From an uncultured Verrucomicrobiota bacterium (GTDB lineage: Bacteria > Verrucomicrobiota > Verrucomicrobiia > Limisphaerales > JAYPEY01), in assembly GCA_964519245.1 (NCBI GenBank), contig CAZFLK010000006.1, positions 12,186 through 76,185 on the forward strand: a DNA stretch of 64,000 bases, given 5' to 3'. The first letter of the stretch is position 1, and every line of letters begins with the position of its first letter. Under the pieces are notes generated by a model. That model searched no databases, was not told the DNA's origin, and saw only the letters and a program-made list of their open reading frames with translations. Of the stretch, positions 1 through 10,690 are shown piece after piece. Position numbers and translations under genes: made by a program.

Positions 1-583
1 CCAGGCTGAACGGACCAAAGGCGGAGCTGAGATAGCCCGTGCCGGCGTGGTTGTTCGGCTGGCTGGGAATGCAGACATACGGGGGCAGGTTCTTGCGGGA
101 ACCGAGTTCGTGCGAAACCACGCTGCCGACACTGGGATACTTGATCGCCGGGCTCGGCTTGTAGCCCGTGAACATGTTGTGCGTGCCGCGCTCGTGCGCC
201 GCCTCGCCGTGCGTCATCGAACGAATCACGGACAATTTGTCCGCCACGCCGGCGATCTTCTTCATGTATTGGCTGAAGTGAACGCCCGGAATCTTGGTCG
301 GAATGGATCCGACCGGACCGCGATATTCGATGGGCGCGCCAACCTGAGGATCCCAGGACTCCTGGTGGGCGCAGCCGCCCGGCAGGTAAATCTGGATGAC
401 CGACTTCGCCTTCGCCTTGATCTTCCGGCCGGCCTCCATGTTGGCTCCGACATCCGCCCGCAGGATGTTCGGCAGGCTGGCGCCGAGAGCGCCGAGGGCC
501 CCGACGAAAAGGAAATCACGACGATTCGGGTTCCAAGCGTGGTCGGAACCGCCGCACCATTGTTCGCGTTTGATTTTGCTCAT
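1..583 (-). CDS. DUF1501 family protein (Tat signal, sulfatase-like fold); N-terminal ~194 codons only, gene runs off the window edge
   Basis: Own translation of the minus strand from ATG at 581-583: MSKIKREQWCGGSDHAWNPNRRDFLFVGALGALGA...KSVIQIYLPGGCAHQESWDPQ...SVIRSMTHGEAAHERGTHNMFTGY. Twin-arginine leader and blocks parallel to the DUF1501 paralogue at 58713-60164. Absent from the ORF track because no stop lies in the window. Confidence 0.8.
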   Translation of the reverse strand, partial: MSKIKREQWCGGSDHAWNPNRRDFLFVGALGALGASLPNILRADVGANMEAGRKIKAKAKSVIQIYLPGGCAHQESWDPQVGAPIEYRGPVGSIPTKIPGVHFSQYMKKIAGVADKLSVIRSMTHGEAAHERGTHNMFTGYKPSPAIKYPSVGSVVSHELGSRKNLPPYVCIPSQPNNHAGTGYLSSAFGPFSL

Positions 584-836
584 AAGTGAGTTCTGTTTGT
601 TTAAATTTACGTTAGCTGAGGATTCTGAAACGCCTGAATCAAAAATCGCAACCGTTTTTTGCCCTACTTCCGACTTCCAGCAATAAAGGACATTTCGGCC
701 GCCGCCGCTCGAATGAGGCTTTTTTTCTAAAGATTCTCGTCTTTTTCTCGATTACCACGGACTTTTCAGCCCATCAAAACGAATCCGGCGATTTCTCGAT
801 TTTTCGCCAAACCAATGATGCCAGACGCAAGTTTGC

Positions 837-3800
837 ATGAATGAATTCAAAAAAAGGAATCCTCCGGAAACAGGCTGGGAGTTCTGGATCGACGTCGGCG
901 GCACCTTCACCGACTGCCTGGGACGGGGGCCAAACAGCGCGCTCAAGGCCCACAAACTGCTGAGTAACGGGGTCTATCACGGGGAATGCGGGCCGGGCTC
1001 CACTGCCGCGGCCATCCTCGACCCAACCCGGATCGGCGCCCCGGCCAAGTTCTTCCAAGAATTCAAGATCGAGTGGCAAATCGACGCCTCATCCGGCAAA
1101 AATGAATTCACCTCGGGCCGTATCGCTGATTTTGACGCCCGCACTGGAGCGCTCCATCTGGAGGAGTCTCTCCCGACATCCCCACCCGAGGGTCTTGGCT
1201 ACACCCTGAAAGGAGATCATGAGGCTCCCGTTATCGGCGTCAGGTGGTTGATGGGACTCCGCCCGGAGGAGCCCACCGGACCGATCGACGTCCGCTTGGG
1301 CACCACCCGGGGCACCAATGCACTGCTGGAGCGTCAAGGCGCGCGAACCGCGTTGATCACCACCCGGGGCTTCCGCGACGTCCTGCGGATCGCCTATCAG
1401 AATCGGCCGCGCTTGTTCGATCTCTGTCCGCGCAAACCGGACGACCTTTACCAGTGCGTGATCGAGATCGACGAACGACTTGACGCGCAGGGCGGCTCGA
1501 TTCAATCGCCGGACCCATCACGAATCCAGGCCCAACTGGCGGAACTGGCCGAGAGCGGCGTCGACTCAGTTGCCGTTTGCCTCCTGCACTCCCATCGGAA
1601 CGCCGAACACGAGCGCATGATCGGGCGCCTCGCCAAAGAGCGCGGCTTCAAGAATGTATCGCTCTCCTCGCAATTGAATCCGCTGCCCAAGATCGTTTCC
1701 CGGGGCGACACCACCGTGGTGGACGCCTACCTGACCCCCATTCTGCGGAACTACCTTCAACGCATCGCCGCCGCCCTGCCCGAAGCCGGGATCAAACTGA
1801 TGACCAGCGCCGGCAGCCTGGTCTCCATGGACTCATTTGTCGGCAAGGATTCCATTCTTTCCGGCCCGGCCGGCGGGGTGGTCGGCGCAGCCTGCGTCGC
1901 CAAGTCAGTTAATCGCGCAACATTCATCGGCTTCGACATGGGCGGCACCAGCACGGACGTCTGCCGCTACGACGGCGAGTACGAGCGGCGCTACGAAATG
2001 GAGTTGACCGATCAGGAAAGCGGCGGCGCCATCCGGGTGTCGGCTCCCATGCTCGCCGTGGAAACCGTCGCGGCGGGCGGCGGCTCCATCTGTTGGTTCG
2101 ACGGACAGAAACCCGTGGTCGGCCCCCAGTCGGCGGGCGCCGATCCCGGACCAGCCTGCTACGGTCGAGGCGGCCCCCTGACCGTCACCGATATCAATGT
2201 CTACCTGGGGCGCGTCATACCTGATCGGTTTCCATTTCGCCTGGATCGCGACGCCGTTCTTCGGCGACTGGACGAGCAGATTGACTTGATCGCATCCGAG
2301 TCCGGCAAGACGTACACCCGAGACGAACTGGCTGAGGGCTTCGTTCAGATCGCCAACGCCAACATGACCGCGCCCATCAGGAAGATCTCGCTCGCCCGCG
2401 GTCACGACGTCCGGGAATACAGCCTGGTCAGCTATGGCGGCGCCGGTTCGCAGCATGCCTGCGCCATCGCCGCCGAACTGGGCGTCTCCGAGATTCTCTG
2501 CAGCCGGCATGCCGGGGCTCTGAGCGCGCTGGGAATTGGCATGGCCAGAATCGCGCGCCACGGCGAACGGTCGATCGCGCAGCCGGCGAACGCCCTGTTC
2601 GACGGGATTCGAAGCGACACCCTCGCCGGAATCTTCCGGGAAATCGAAACCGACCTTCGCGCCCAACTGCTGGCCGATGGCGCGCCCCCGGAACGCATCC
2701 TGCCCCCGCGCAGATTGCTCGACCTGCGCTACCAGGGGCAGGAAACCCGCATCACGGTCGCCGAACCCCGGGACCGCGATTATCTCGGCGCCTTCACCGA
2801 GGAGCACCAACGCCTTTACAGCTTCACTTTTCCCGAGCGGGAGATCGAGGTCTATGCCGCCAGAATGGAGTTGGCCGCGGAGACGCCAACCCTCCCGAGC
2901 AGCCCCGCCAGTCCCATTCAGCGCCTTCGGGAACCCGATCGTCACACCACGGCCCGTTTCGGCGGCAAGCCCCTGGAAACCGGCGTCTTCCTTCGCGAAA
3001 GCCTGGCTCCCGGCGACGAACTCCCAGGACCCGCCATCATTGCGGAAGCCATCGCGACCATCGTCGTCGAACCCGGATGGAAAGCGCGCGTCAATGGCAA
3101 CAACGACATTGTCCTGACCGCGGCCTCCTCAGGAAGCCGACTCCGCAATCAAGCCGCAGACAACGTGGATTGGCGCGTCAAGCCGGACCCCATCGAGCTC
3201 GAGTTGTTCAACAACCAGTTCGCGTCGATCGCCGAGCTGATGGGAACCACGCTGGAGAAGACCGCTCTCTCCACAAACGTCAAGGAACGCCTGGATTTTT
3301 CCTGCGCGATCTTCACGGACGCCGGAGCCCTGGTGGTCAACGCGCCGCACATTCCCGTCCACCTCGGCGCCATGAGCGAATGCGTGCGCTGCCTGCGGGA
3401 GGATGTGGGAGCCTTCCGACCCGGCGACATCTATGTCACCAACGATCCGTATCGCGGCGGCAGCCACCTTCCGGACGTGACCGTCATCACTCCGGTGTTC
3501 ATTCCTGGCAGCGGCTCAAGCGCGCCGGACTTTTTCGTCGCCAGCCGGGCGCACCATTCGGAGATCGGGGGCATCACCCCCGGATCCATGCCGCCCTTCT
3601 CCTCCTCCCTGGCCGATGAGGGCGTCATCATCCGCAAGTTCCGCCTCGCCCGCGAGGGGGCCTCCCACGAGGCCGAACTCCGCGCCCTCCTCGCCTCCGG
3701 GCCCCGCCCCTCACGGTCCATCGATGAGAACATCGCCGACATCAACGCCCAGGCGGCGGCCAACCAGGTCGGCGTCCGCATGCTGGGCGAAATGACGTCG

Positions 3801-4769
3801 CGCCACGGTCTCGCAAAGGTTCAGGCCTACATGCGACATATCCAACGCGCGGCTGAGAACATGGTGCGGGCGGCGTTGCTCAAACTTCCCGCAGGGGAGC
3901 GCGCGTTCGAAGACAAGCTCGACAATGGCGCCCGGATCCGCGCGCAAGTCACGGTGAGCCACTCGGGCGATCAGGCCGCCGCAACAGTCGACTTCACCGG
4001 GACCGACCCCGTCATGCCCGGCAACCTGAACGCCAACCGCGCCATCGTCATGAGCGCGTTGATCTACTGCTTCCGCTGCCTGATCGAGAAAGACGTCCCG
4101 CTCAACGCCGGCGTGTTGGCCCCGATCGAAGTCATCCTGCCCCACGACTGCCTGCTCAATCCAACACCGGCCGACGATCCCGCCGAATGCCCTGCCGTCG
4201 TCGGCGGCAACGTCGAAACGTCACAACGCATTGTCGACGTCGTCTTCGGCGCGCTGGGCGTCGTCGCGGCAAGCCAGGGCACCATGAACAACTTCCTCTT
4301 CGGGCGGTCCGGGGAACGCGGCTTCGGCTATTACGAGACTCTTTGCGGCGGCGCGGGCGCCGGACCGGAGGCAGACGGCGCGGACGCTGTCCATACGCAC
4401 ATGACCAACACCCGCCTCACCGACCCGGAAGTCCTGGAGGAGCGCTATCCGGTCCGCGTTCTGCGAACCGAGATTCGCAATGAATCCGGCGGGCAGGGCG
4501 CGCGCCGCGGCGGCAATGGACTCATCCGGGAGATCGAGTTTCTCGAACCCGTGGAGGTTTCCCTCCTCACCAACCGCCGGACAACCGCGCCGTTCGGGTT
4601 GCAAGGCGGCGAAAGCGGCAAGCCCGGCCTCAACCGGCTGAAGCGACACGGGGCCTCTGCCTTCGAGGACCTGCCGCCGGCCGCGCAGTTCCGGGCGGAG
4701 CCGGGCGACATCCTGCGCATTGAAACGCCGGGCGGCGGCGGCTACGGCAGCCACGGCTCGCTGGCGTAG
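837..4769 (+). CDS. 5-oxoprolinase / hydantoinase A+B fusion (ATP-hydrolysing)
   Basis: 1310-aa ORF. N-terminal half has [11 protein letters not shown] and [11 protein letters not shown] (hydantoinase A/oxoprolinase actin-fold ATPase). C-terminal half has [20 protein letters not shown] (hydantoinase B/oxoprolinase). Confidence 0.9.
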   Translation: MNEFKKRNPPETGWEFWIDVGGTFTDCLGRGPNSALKAHKLLSNGVYHGECGPGSTAAAILDPTRIGAPAKFFQEFKIEWQIDASSGKNEFTSGRIADFDARTGALHLEESLPTSPPEGLGYTLKGDHEAPVIGVRWLMGLRPEEPTGPIDVRLGTTRGTNALLERQGARTALITTRGFRDVLRIAYQNRPRLFDLCPRKPDDLYQCVIEIDERLDAQGGSIQSPDPSRIQAQLAELAESGVDSVAVCLLHSHRNAEHERMIGRLAKERGFKNVSLSSQLNPLPKIVSRGDTTVVDAYLTPILRNYLQRIAAALPEAGIKLMTSAGSLVSMDSFVGKDSILSGPAGGVVGAACVAKSVNRATFIGFDMGGTSTDVCRYDGEYERRYEMELTDQESGGAIRVSAPMLAVETVAAGGGSICWFDGQKPVVGPQSAGADPGPACYGRGGPLTVTDINVYLGRVIPDRFPFRLDRDAVLRRLDEQIDLIASESGKTYTRDELAEGFVQIANANMTAPIRKISLARGHDVREYSLVSYGGAGSQHACAIAAELGVSEILCSRHAGALSALGIGMARIARHGERSIAQPANALFDGIRSDTLAGIFREIETDLRAQLLADGAPPERILPPRRLLDLRYQGQETRITVAEPRDRDYLGAFTEEHQRLYSFTFPEREIEVYAARMELAAETPTLPSSPASPIQRLREPDRHTTARFGGKPLETGVFLRESLAPGDELPGPAIIAEAIATIVVEPGWKARVNGNNDIVLTAASSGSRLRNQAADNVDWRVKPDPIELELFNNQFASIAELMGTTLEKTALSTNVKERLDFSCAIFTDAGALVVNAPHIPVHLGAMSECVRCLREDVGAFRPGDIYVTNDPYRGGSHLPDVTVITPVFIPGSGSSAPDFFVASRAHHSEIGGITPGSMPPFSSSLADEGVIIRKFRLAREGASHEAELRALLASGPRPSRSIDENIADINAQAAANQVGVRMLGEMTSRHGLAKVQAYMRHIQRAAENMVRAALLKLPAGERAFEDKLDNGARIRAQVTVSHSGDQAAATVDFTGTDPVMPGNLNANRAIVMSALIYCFRCLIEKDVPLNAGVLAPIEVILPHDCLLNPTPADDPAECPAVVGGNVETSQRIVDVVFGALGVVAASQGTMNNFLFGRSGERGFGYYETLCGGAGAGPEADGADAVHTHMTNTRLTDPEVLEERYPVRVLRTEIRNESGGQGARRGGNGLIREIEFLEPVEVSLLTNRRTTAPFGLQGGESGKPGLNRLKRHGASAFEDLPPAAQFRAEPGDILRIETPGGGGYGSHGSLA

Positions 4770-5731
4770 TACATCGGCGCGACCCGGTTGATGCCGTGGA
4801 AGAACAGGAAGGAAGTCGCCCAGAGCCAGAGGAAGGTCGCGAGCCAAACCGCGCCCGCCGCCCCGCCCCGACGGGCGAAAACCTTCATTCGACCGGACGC
4901 CATGATCGCCGGCGCCTGCACCGCAAAGAACGCAAACTGATATCCGTCGAAGCGCGAGGTCGCGATCCCGAACATGAGTTCGTGGAAGGCGCCGCTGAAC
5001 AGGCACACGCAGCAGATCGCGCGCGCCGGACGCGCCCGGCCGCCGCAGCTCCGGAAAACATGACGCACCAACCAGGCGTGCACCCGATCATTCCAACGTC
5101 GCCAGAACTCCGCCGGCGTCGACGAAAGCCAGGCATTCCGAACCATCGGCCGAGTCCGGTATCCGACAATCCGCTCCAACCCGCACAGGGCCTGCGCGCC
5201 CAGTTCAACCGCCGCGACAAACAACGCCAGCTTGAGGGTGTGATCCGCCAGGTGATTCGATCTGAGAAAATTGCTTTGGGCCAAGGCGTTCAGAATCAGC
5301 CACAAACCAAGGAACGCGACCCCGCCCCCGAGCAACCGCAGCCCTTCCTTGCCGAAAGCGCAACCACGGCGGCGCATCCGCCGGCGCTGATCCATCAAGG
5401 CGACAAAGATCGGCAAGGGAATCAGGAAAGACAGGCGCGCCTGCGGGGACAACGCCCTCGGCATTCTCAACAACTCAACCAAGCGAAACATCGCGTTGAT
5501 GGACAAAATGGACGCGGCGGCGCGAAGGACCGCCTCATCGGGCGGAATGAGCAACGGGCAGAACAGGACGGCGACTGGAGCCGGATACGAAACAGCGCGC
5601 GCCCGGGATTGCAGGGAGACAGCCGCCAAGGTCGCGATGGCGTAGATCGCGGCCAGACTGAGCAGGAATGAGGGCGCGGGGCTCAAGGCGAATGACGCCG
5701 CCAACGTAGACGCCGGCGCCCAAGGATTCAA
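4742..5731 (-). CDS. multi-pass membrane protein, MBOAT_2 / wax-synthase-like O-acyltransferase candidate
   Basis: Hydrophobic throughout. EFWRRWNDRVHAWLVRHVF followed by FSGAFHELMF resembles the FWRRWH...H blocks of membrane-bound O-acyltransferases. Confidence 0.5.
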   Translation of the reverse strand: MNPWAPASTLAASFALSPAPSFLLSLAAIYAIATLAAVSLQSRARAVSYPAPVAVLFCPLLIPPDEAVLRAAASILSINAMFRLVELLRMPRALSPQARLSFLIPLPIFVALMDQRRRMRRRGCAFGKEGLRLLGGGVAFLGLWLILNALAQSNFLRSNHLADHTLKLALFVAAVELGAQALCGLERIVGYRTRPMVRNAWLSSTPAEFWRRWNDRVHAWLVRHVFRSCGGRARPARAICCVCLFSGAFHELMFGIATSRFDGYQFAFFAVQAPAIMASGRMKVFARRGGAAGAVWLATFLWLWATSFLFFHGINRVAPMYYASEPWLP

Positions 5732-5820
5732 TGGGCGTCCGAAACGGAACTTTGAGACCCGGGGTATCGTAAGGCAGCGCGCAAGAGGGCCCGAAGCGTC
5801 GACACTCGCGCGGTCCCGCT

Positions 5821-7284
5821 TTACTTGCGCTTCCCGAGCTTGCGCGGCTTGAACAGCTCCGAGGGCGTGTGAGCCTCGTCGATCATGGCGCGGATCTGCG
5901 CGACCAGTTCCGGTTTCGCTGCGGCGAGGTCCGTTTCTTCACCGATATCCCGGCTCACGTTGTAGAGTTCAAAGCCGCCATCGTAGCGCTGAATGCCTTT
6001 CCAATGCTTGTAGCGAACCGCCTGGTAGTGCTTCCCGCCGCCAATGAACTCCCAATAAAGGTAGTCGTGCTGACCCTGCTTGCCCTTGCCCGTCAATGTC
6101 GGGACCAGGCTGATGGAATCCAGCCCCTCCGGAGCCTTGCCGCCGGCGAGCTCCGCCGCCGTGCTCATGAAGTCGCCGAAATAGCCGATGTGATCGCTGG
6201 ATCCCCCGGCCTCAATCTTGCCAGGCCAGCGGGCAATGAACGGCACGCGGATGCCGCCGTCGTAGAGGTCCCTCTTGATGCCGCGCAGCGGGCCATTGGA
6301 GTCGTTGAACATCGGGTCGTTGCCCCCCTCGCGATGCGGTCCGTTGTCTGACGTGAAGATCACCAGGGTGTGGTCGTCGATGCCGTGCCGCTTCAAGCGC
6401 TTGAGCAACCGACCCACATCCTTGTCCATCCGCGAAATCATGGCGGCGTGCCCCTTCTGGGGCTCCGGCCAATCGAGATCCTGGTAACGCCCGTAGCTCG
6501 GGACTTCCATGCCCTCCTGCCGCCCCTCGTTGTTCGCGTGCGGAATCGTCAACGCCAGGTACAGGAAGAAGGGCTTATCCTTGTTGCGGCCAACGAAACC
6601 GAGAGCCTCCTCGGCGCAGAGATCATGCGAATAGGTGACCTTCTTCTCCGCGACGCCCGCGCCGTCCTCCCGGCCGTTGTTCACCACATTCCCCTTCAGC
6701 CTCTCGCGCTGGTCATTCCGATAGAGGAACTCGGGATAGAAGTTGTGCGCGTGACGCTGACAGAGATAGCCGTAGAAGAAGTCAAAGCCCTGCTTGTTCG
6801 GAACGCCCTCGGTGCCCGGCGCGCCCAACCCCCACTTGCCGACCAGACCGGTGGCGTAACCGGCGTCTTTCAACACCTCGGCGACCGTGACCGTCTCCGC
6901 CGGCAGCGGCCATTGCCCCATGGGCTTGACCTCCTTGTTCCCGCGAATCAACGCATGCCCCGTATGCAGGCCGGTCATCAACACGCAACGCGAGGGCGCG
7001 CAGACCGTCGACCCCGCATAGAACTGCGTGAACTTCATGCCCTCCTTCGCCATGCGATCGATGTTCGGCGTCTTGATCCGCTTCTGCCCGTAACATCCCA
7101 GATCCCCGTAGCCAAGATCGTCGACCATGATGTAGATGATGTTGGGCTTCGCCGCGGCCTCGACAACCGGCGACACAACCAAACCCGCGGCAAACGCCAA
7201 TACGGCGGCAAACTTGAAAAGGCGTCGAATCAACATGTGCGTCTTGGTCGGGGAATTCGACGCCTTTGGCAAGAGTTCATTCAC
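5821..7284 (-). CDS. type-I sulfatase (arylsulfatase family)
   Basis: Signal peptide, IIYIMVDDLGYGDLGCYG, formylglycine motif C-A-P-S-R in STVCAPSRCVLMTG. Confidence 0.9.
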   Translation of the reverse strand: MNELLPKASNSPTKTHMLIRRLFKFAAVLAFAAGLVVSPVVEAAAKPNIIYIMVDDLGYGDLGCYGQKRIKTPNIDRMAKEGMKFTQFYAGSTVCAPSRCVLMTGLHTGHALIRGNKEVKPMGQWPLPAETVTVAEVLKDAGYATGLVGKWGLGAPGTEGVPNKQGFDFFYGYLCQRHAHNFYPEFLYRNDQRERLKGNVVNNGREDGAGVAEKKVTYSHDLCAEEALGFVGRNKDKPFFLYLALTIPHANNEGRQEGMEVPSYGRYQDLDWPEPQKGHAAMISRMDKDVGRLLKRLKRHGIDDHTLVIFTSDNGPHREGGNDPMFNDSNGPLRGIKRDLYDGGIRVPFIARWPGKIEAGGSSDHIGYFGDFMSTAAELAGGKAPEGLDSISLVPTLTGKGKQGQHDYLYWEFIGGGKHYQAVRYKHWKGIQRYDGGFELYNVSRDIGEETDLAAAKPELVAQIRAMIDEAHTPSELFKPRKLGKRK

Positions 7285-7328
7285 GACGTCATGCTTGGAA
7301 AACCCGACCCGGCGCTGTTGACTGCGTC

Positions 7329-8771
7329 ATGGATTCCAATCAGCCCATGAAGCTTCGCCCGCTCCTGTTCGTGTTCGCGATCGCGGCGGCATCGTTTGTC
7401 GCGACCGTCGCATCCGCCGCCGGCCCCAACTTCCTGATCATCATGGCGGATGACTGCACCTACAACGACCTGCCATTGTATGGGGGCAGGAATGCGAGGA
7501 CGCCGAACATTGATTCCCTGGCAGCGCAGGGGCTGACCTTCAACCGCGCCTACCTGAGCGAGGCCATGTGCCAACCGTGCCGCGCCGAGCTTTACTCGGG
7601 GCAGTTTCCCTTGCGCAATGGCTGCGCCTGGAACCATTCGGCGAGCCGGCCGGACTTGATGAGCATGCCGCAGCGCTTGCGACCGCTCGGGTATCGCGTG
7701 GGGCTGGCGGGCAAGGATCACGTCAAACCGAGGAAGGCCTTTCCCTTCGAACAGGTCGGCGGCTTCGATCCCAATTGCGTGCGCGATCCGACGCGACCCC
7801 ACGACCTGGGCGCGGTCAACGAATTCCTGAGGCGAAGCGACGAACCCTTCTGCCTCGTGGTCGCCCTGGTGGAGCCCCACGTGCCCTGGGTCATGGGCGA
7901 CGCGTCGCAATACCCGCCCGGGAAGATCCTGTTGCCGCCCAATATCGCCGACACGCCGCGCACCCGCTCGGATTTCGGCAAGTATCTCGCAGAGATCACC
8001 TACATGGACGGGCAGGTAGGCGAATTGCTCGACGCGCTGGACCAAGCCGGCAAGGCGGATGACACGCTCGTGTTGTTCACCTCCGAACAGGGTTCCCAGT
8101 TTCCCGGTTGCAAGTGGACCAATTGGGACACCGGCGTCCATACCGCGCTGGTCGCGCGCTGGCCCGGCAAGGTGGCCGCCGGAAAACGCACGGACGCCAT
8201 CATCCAATACGCCGACGTCCTGCCGACCTTTCTCCACGCGGCGGGCGGCCCGGCAAGCCCTCCCGGACTGGACGGCCGTAGTTTTCTTCCCGTCCTCACA
8301 GGAGAGTCGAAAACTCATCGGGACTACGCCTTCGGCATCCACAACAACGTGCCCGAGGGGCCCCGATATCCGATCCGCACGGTGACCGACGGCGAGTGGC
8401 GTTACATTCGCAACCTCTTGCCGGAAGAAATGTATATCGAGAAGCACCTGATGGGCTCCAAGGGCGACGGCAAGTTGAACAATCCCTACTGGGCGACCTG
8501 GGTCTTTGAATCCTGGAATCAACCGGCGATCTACAACCTGGTCAAGCGCTACACCCGGCGTCCGGCCGAACAGCTGTATCACACCGCCAAGGACCGATAT
8601 GAGATGACGAATCTGGCCAGCGATCCCCAACACGCCGAAATCAAACAGCGCCTGCGCCAGAAACTGGATCAATGGATGGCGTCACAGGGCGATCCCGGCG
8701 CGCCGGAAGACACCATGGAGGCCATCCAGGCGGCGCGCCAGGGGAAACACCTCTACCGCCCTCCAAACTAG
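7329..8771 (+). CDS. type-I sulfatase
   Basis: ORF 7266-8771 trimmed to the ATG at 7329 (MDSNQPMKLRPLLFVFAIAAASFVATVASA signal peptide). FLIIMADD, motif C-Q-P-C-R in MCQPCRAELYSG. Confidence 0.85.
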   Translation: MDSNQPMKLRPLLFVFAIAAASFVATVASAAGPNFLIIMADDCTYNDLPLYGGRNARTPNIDSLAAQGLTFNRAYLSEAMCQPCRAELYSGQFPLRNGCAWNHSASRPDLMSMPQRLRPLGYRVGLAGKDHVKPRKAFPFEQVGGFDPNCVRDPTRPHDLGAVNEFLRRSDEPFCLVVALVEPHVPWVMGDASQYPPGKILLPPNIADTPRTRSDFGKYLAEITYMDGQVGELLDALDQAGKADDTLVLFTSEQGSQFPGCKWTNWDTGVHTALVARWPGKVAAGKRTDAIIQYADVLPTFLHAAGGPASPPGLDGRSFLPVLTGESKTHRDYAFGIHNNVPEGPRYPIRTVTDGEWRYIRNLLPEEMYIEKHLMGSKGDGKLNNPYWATWVFESWNQPAIYNLVKRYTRRPAEQLYHTAKDRYEMTNLASDPQHAEIKQRLRQKLDQWMASQGDPGAPEDTMEAIQAARQGKHLYRPPN

Positions 8772-8782
8772 GCCGGCGCCGC

Positions 8783-9217
8783 TCAATCCCCGCCGGCGCC
8801 GCGCTCGCGAAAATCGAGAAACGCCTGCAACGTGTCCGGCGTCTGCTCGAAGAACTGGGAAAGCGCCTCCAGGCAATCGATCGTCGAGCCGCTCAAGTGG
8901 TGTTCCAACCCCTCGATGTCGCGCCCCTGCGTTTCCTTGTCCAACCCCAGCAGGGAGAAGAACCGGGCGAGGGTTTCGTGACGATGCTGGATCTTGAGGG
9001 CAATGGCCCGCCCTTCCTCCGTCAGCATGAGACCGCGATACTTCTCGTAGTCCACGAAGCCCATTTCATCCAGCTTCTGAACCATGCTCGTGACCGAGGC
9101 CTGCGTGACCCCCAGCGAGGAGGCGATGTCCACCACGCGGGCATATCCCTTCTCCTCGATCAATTCATGAATACGCTCCAGGTAATCCTCGGCGCTCTGG
9201 CTGGGTTTCGACGGCAT
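8783..9217 (-). CDS. DtxR/MntR-family metal-dependent transcriptional repressor
   Basis: SAEDYLERIHELIEEKGYARVVDIASSLGVTQASVTSMVQKL (winged HTH) followed by a HRHETLARFF dimerisation/metal-site region. Start moved to the internal ATG at 9217. Confidence 0.8.
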   Translation of the reverse strand: MPSKPSQSAEDYLERIHELIEEKGYARVVDIASSLGVTQASVTSMVQKLDEMGFVDYEKYRGLMLTEEGRAIALKIQHRHETLARFFSLLGLDKETQGRDIEGLEHHLSGSTIDCLEALSQFFEQTPDTLQAFLDFRERGAGGD

Positions 9218-9506
9218 GGAAAGAGCGCGGATTGTCGACAGGCGACGGGGAGATTGCAAGCGCGCGGGAACGTTGGTCGAGAATTCGGCGCCCGACGCCC
9301 CCGGCCCGCGAACCAGGGAAATTTCGCCGCCCGCCGCGCGTCACTGCATGATTGACAAGCCGACACCGGCCGCCACAATCGCCGCCCGTTTTTCGGAAAA
9401 CCGGAATCCTCCGCGTCATCCGAGCGACGCGCAAACGCCTGGCCCTCCACCGACTTCGACTCCGATTCGGGAGTCGGCCTCCAGCAACGCGAAGACTGTC
9501 CCGCGA

Positions 9507-10616
9507 ATGAACGACGAATCGAACAAACCATCCGACGCAGCCGTTTCTGCGACGCCGACCGCCTGGCCCGGCGTCATCCGAGAATACGCGCGTTTCCTGC
9601 CGGTCACGGACGCGACGCCCATCGTCACCTTGAACGAAGGCGGGACGCCGCTCGTTCGCGCGGAGAACTTCGTCAAAGCCATCGGCGGCGACTTTGAGCT
9701 TTATCTGAAGTATGAGGGATTGAACCCCACCTGCTCCTTCAAGGACCGCGGGATGACCATGGCGGTCTCGAAGGCCAAGGAGCGCGAGGCCAAGGCGGTC
9801 ATTTGCGCCAGCACAGGCAACACCTCCGCCGCCGCCGCCGCCTACGCCGCCAAGGCGGGCATGAAATGCGTCGTGCTGCTGCCGAATGGCAAGATCGCCC
9901 AAGGCAAACTGGCGCAGGCGTTGATGTACGGAGCCGAGACCATCGCGATCGAAGGCAATTTCGATGAAGCCCTGCGCATCGTTCAGGAGTTGGGCCAAAA
10001 GGATGATTTCGAGGTCGTCAACAGCGTCAACCCGGTTCGCATCGAGGGACAGAAGACCGCCTCGTTCGAGATCTGCGACCAACTCGTCCGGGCGCCGGAC
10101 TTTCATTTCCTGCCGGTCGGGAACGCCGGCAACATCACCGCCTACTGGAAAGGCTTCAAGGAATACTACTCCGTCAATCTCGCGGACCGCCTTCCACGTA
10201 TGATGGGCTGGCAGGCCGCCGGCGCCGCTCCCATTGTCGATGGCGCTCCCGTCGGCAATCCGGACACCGTGGCCACCGCAATCCGCATCGGCAATCCGGC
10301 AAGCTGGAAACAGGCCGTAGCGGCGGCGAAGGAATCCAACGGCGCGATCCGCAAGGTGACGGACGAACAGATCATTGACGCCTACAAGCAGGTCGCCCGC
10401 ACGGAGGGCATCTTTGTCGAACCGGCATGCGCCGCGCCCCTGGCCGGCTTGAAGCTCGCTGTCGCGGCCGGCGAGATCCCGTCCGGCAGCGTGGTCACCG
10501 CCACGATGACAGGCCACGGATTGAAGGATCCCGATCTGGCGATCAAGGAATCCGGCTTTGAACCCAAAATCGTTGCGCCCACCACCGAGGCCGTCGTGGC
10601 CGCAATTGGCGGATAA
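9507..10616 (+). CDS. thrC: threonine synthase
   Basis: PLP-lysine block NPTCSFKDRGM. Length ~369 aa from the ATG at 9507; the upstream part of ORF 9216-10616 is low-complexity and unlikely to be coding. Confidence 0.9.
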   Translation: MNDESNKPSDAAVSATPTAWPGVIREYARFLPVTDATPIVTLNEGGTPLVRAENFVKAIGGDFELYLKYEGLNPTCSFKDRGMTMAVSKAKEREAKAVICASTGNTSAAAAAYAAKAGMKCVVLLPNGKIAQGKLAQALMYGAETIAIEGNFDEALRIVQELGQKDDFEVVNSVNPVRIEGQKTASFEICDQLVRAPDFHFLPVGNAGNITAYWKGFKEYYSVNLADRLPRMMGWQAAGAAPIVDGAPVGNPDTVATAIRIGNPASWKQAVAAAKESNGAIRKVTDEQIIDAYKQVARTEGIFVEPACAAPLAGLKLAVAAGEIPSGSVVTATMTGHGLKDPDLAIKESGFEPKIVAPTTEAVVAAIGG

Positions 10617-10690
10617 GCGCCGACACTGCCGACGCTCAGTCCAGCTCTCGAGGAACGGCGTTCGCGAATCAACAGTCACTTTACAGACAG

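Noticed and set aside
47-589. 180-aa plus-strand ORF at the window start
   Set aside because: The minus strand here encodes a clear DUF1501 N-terminus with a Tat signal. The plus-strand product has no recognisable features.
1480-1494. 15-mer TTGACGCGCAGGGCG shared between the oxoprolinase coding sequence and repeat copy A (29120-29134)
   Set aside because: It is an isolated match with no flanking colinearity. Several chance 15-mer matches are expected among all position pairs in 64 kb of GC-biased DNA.
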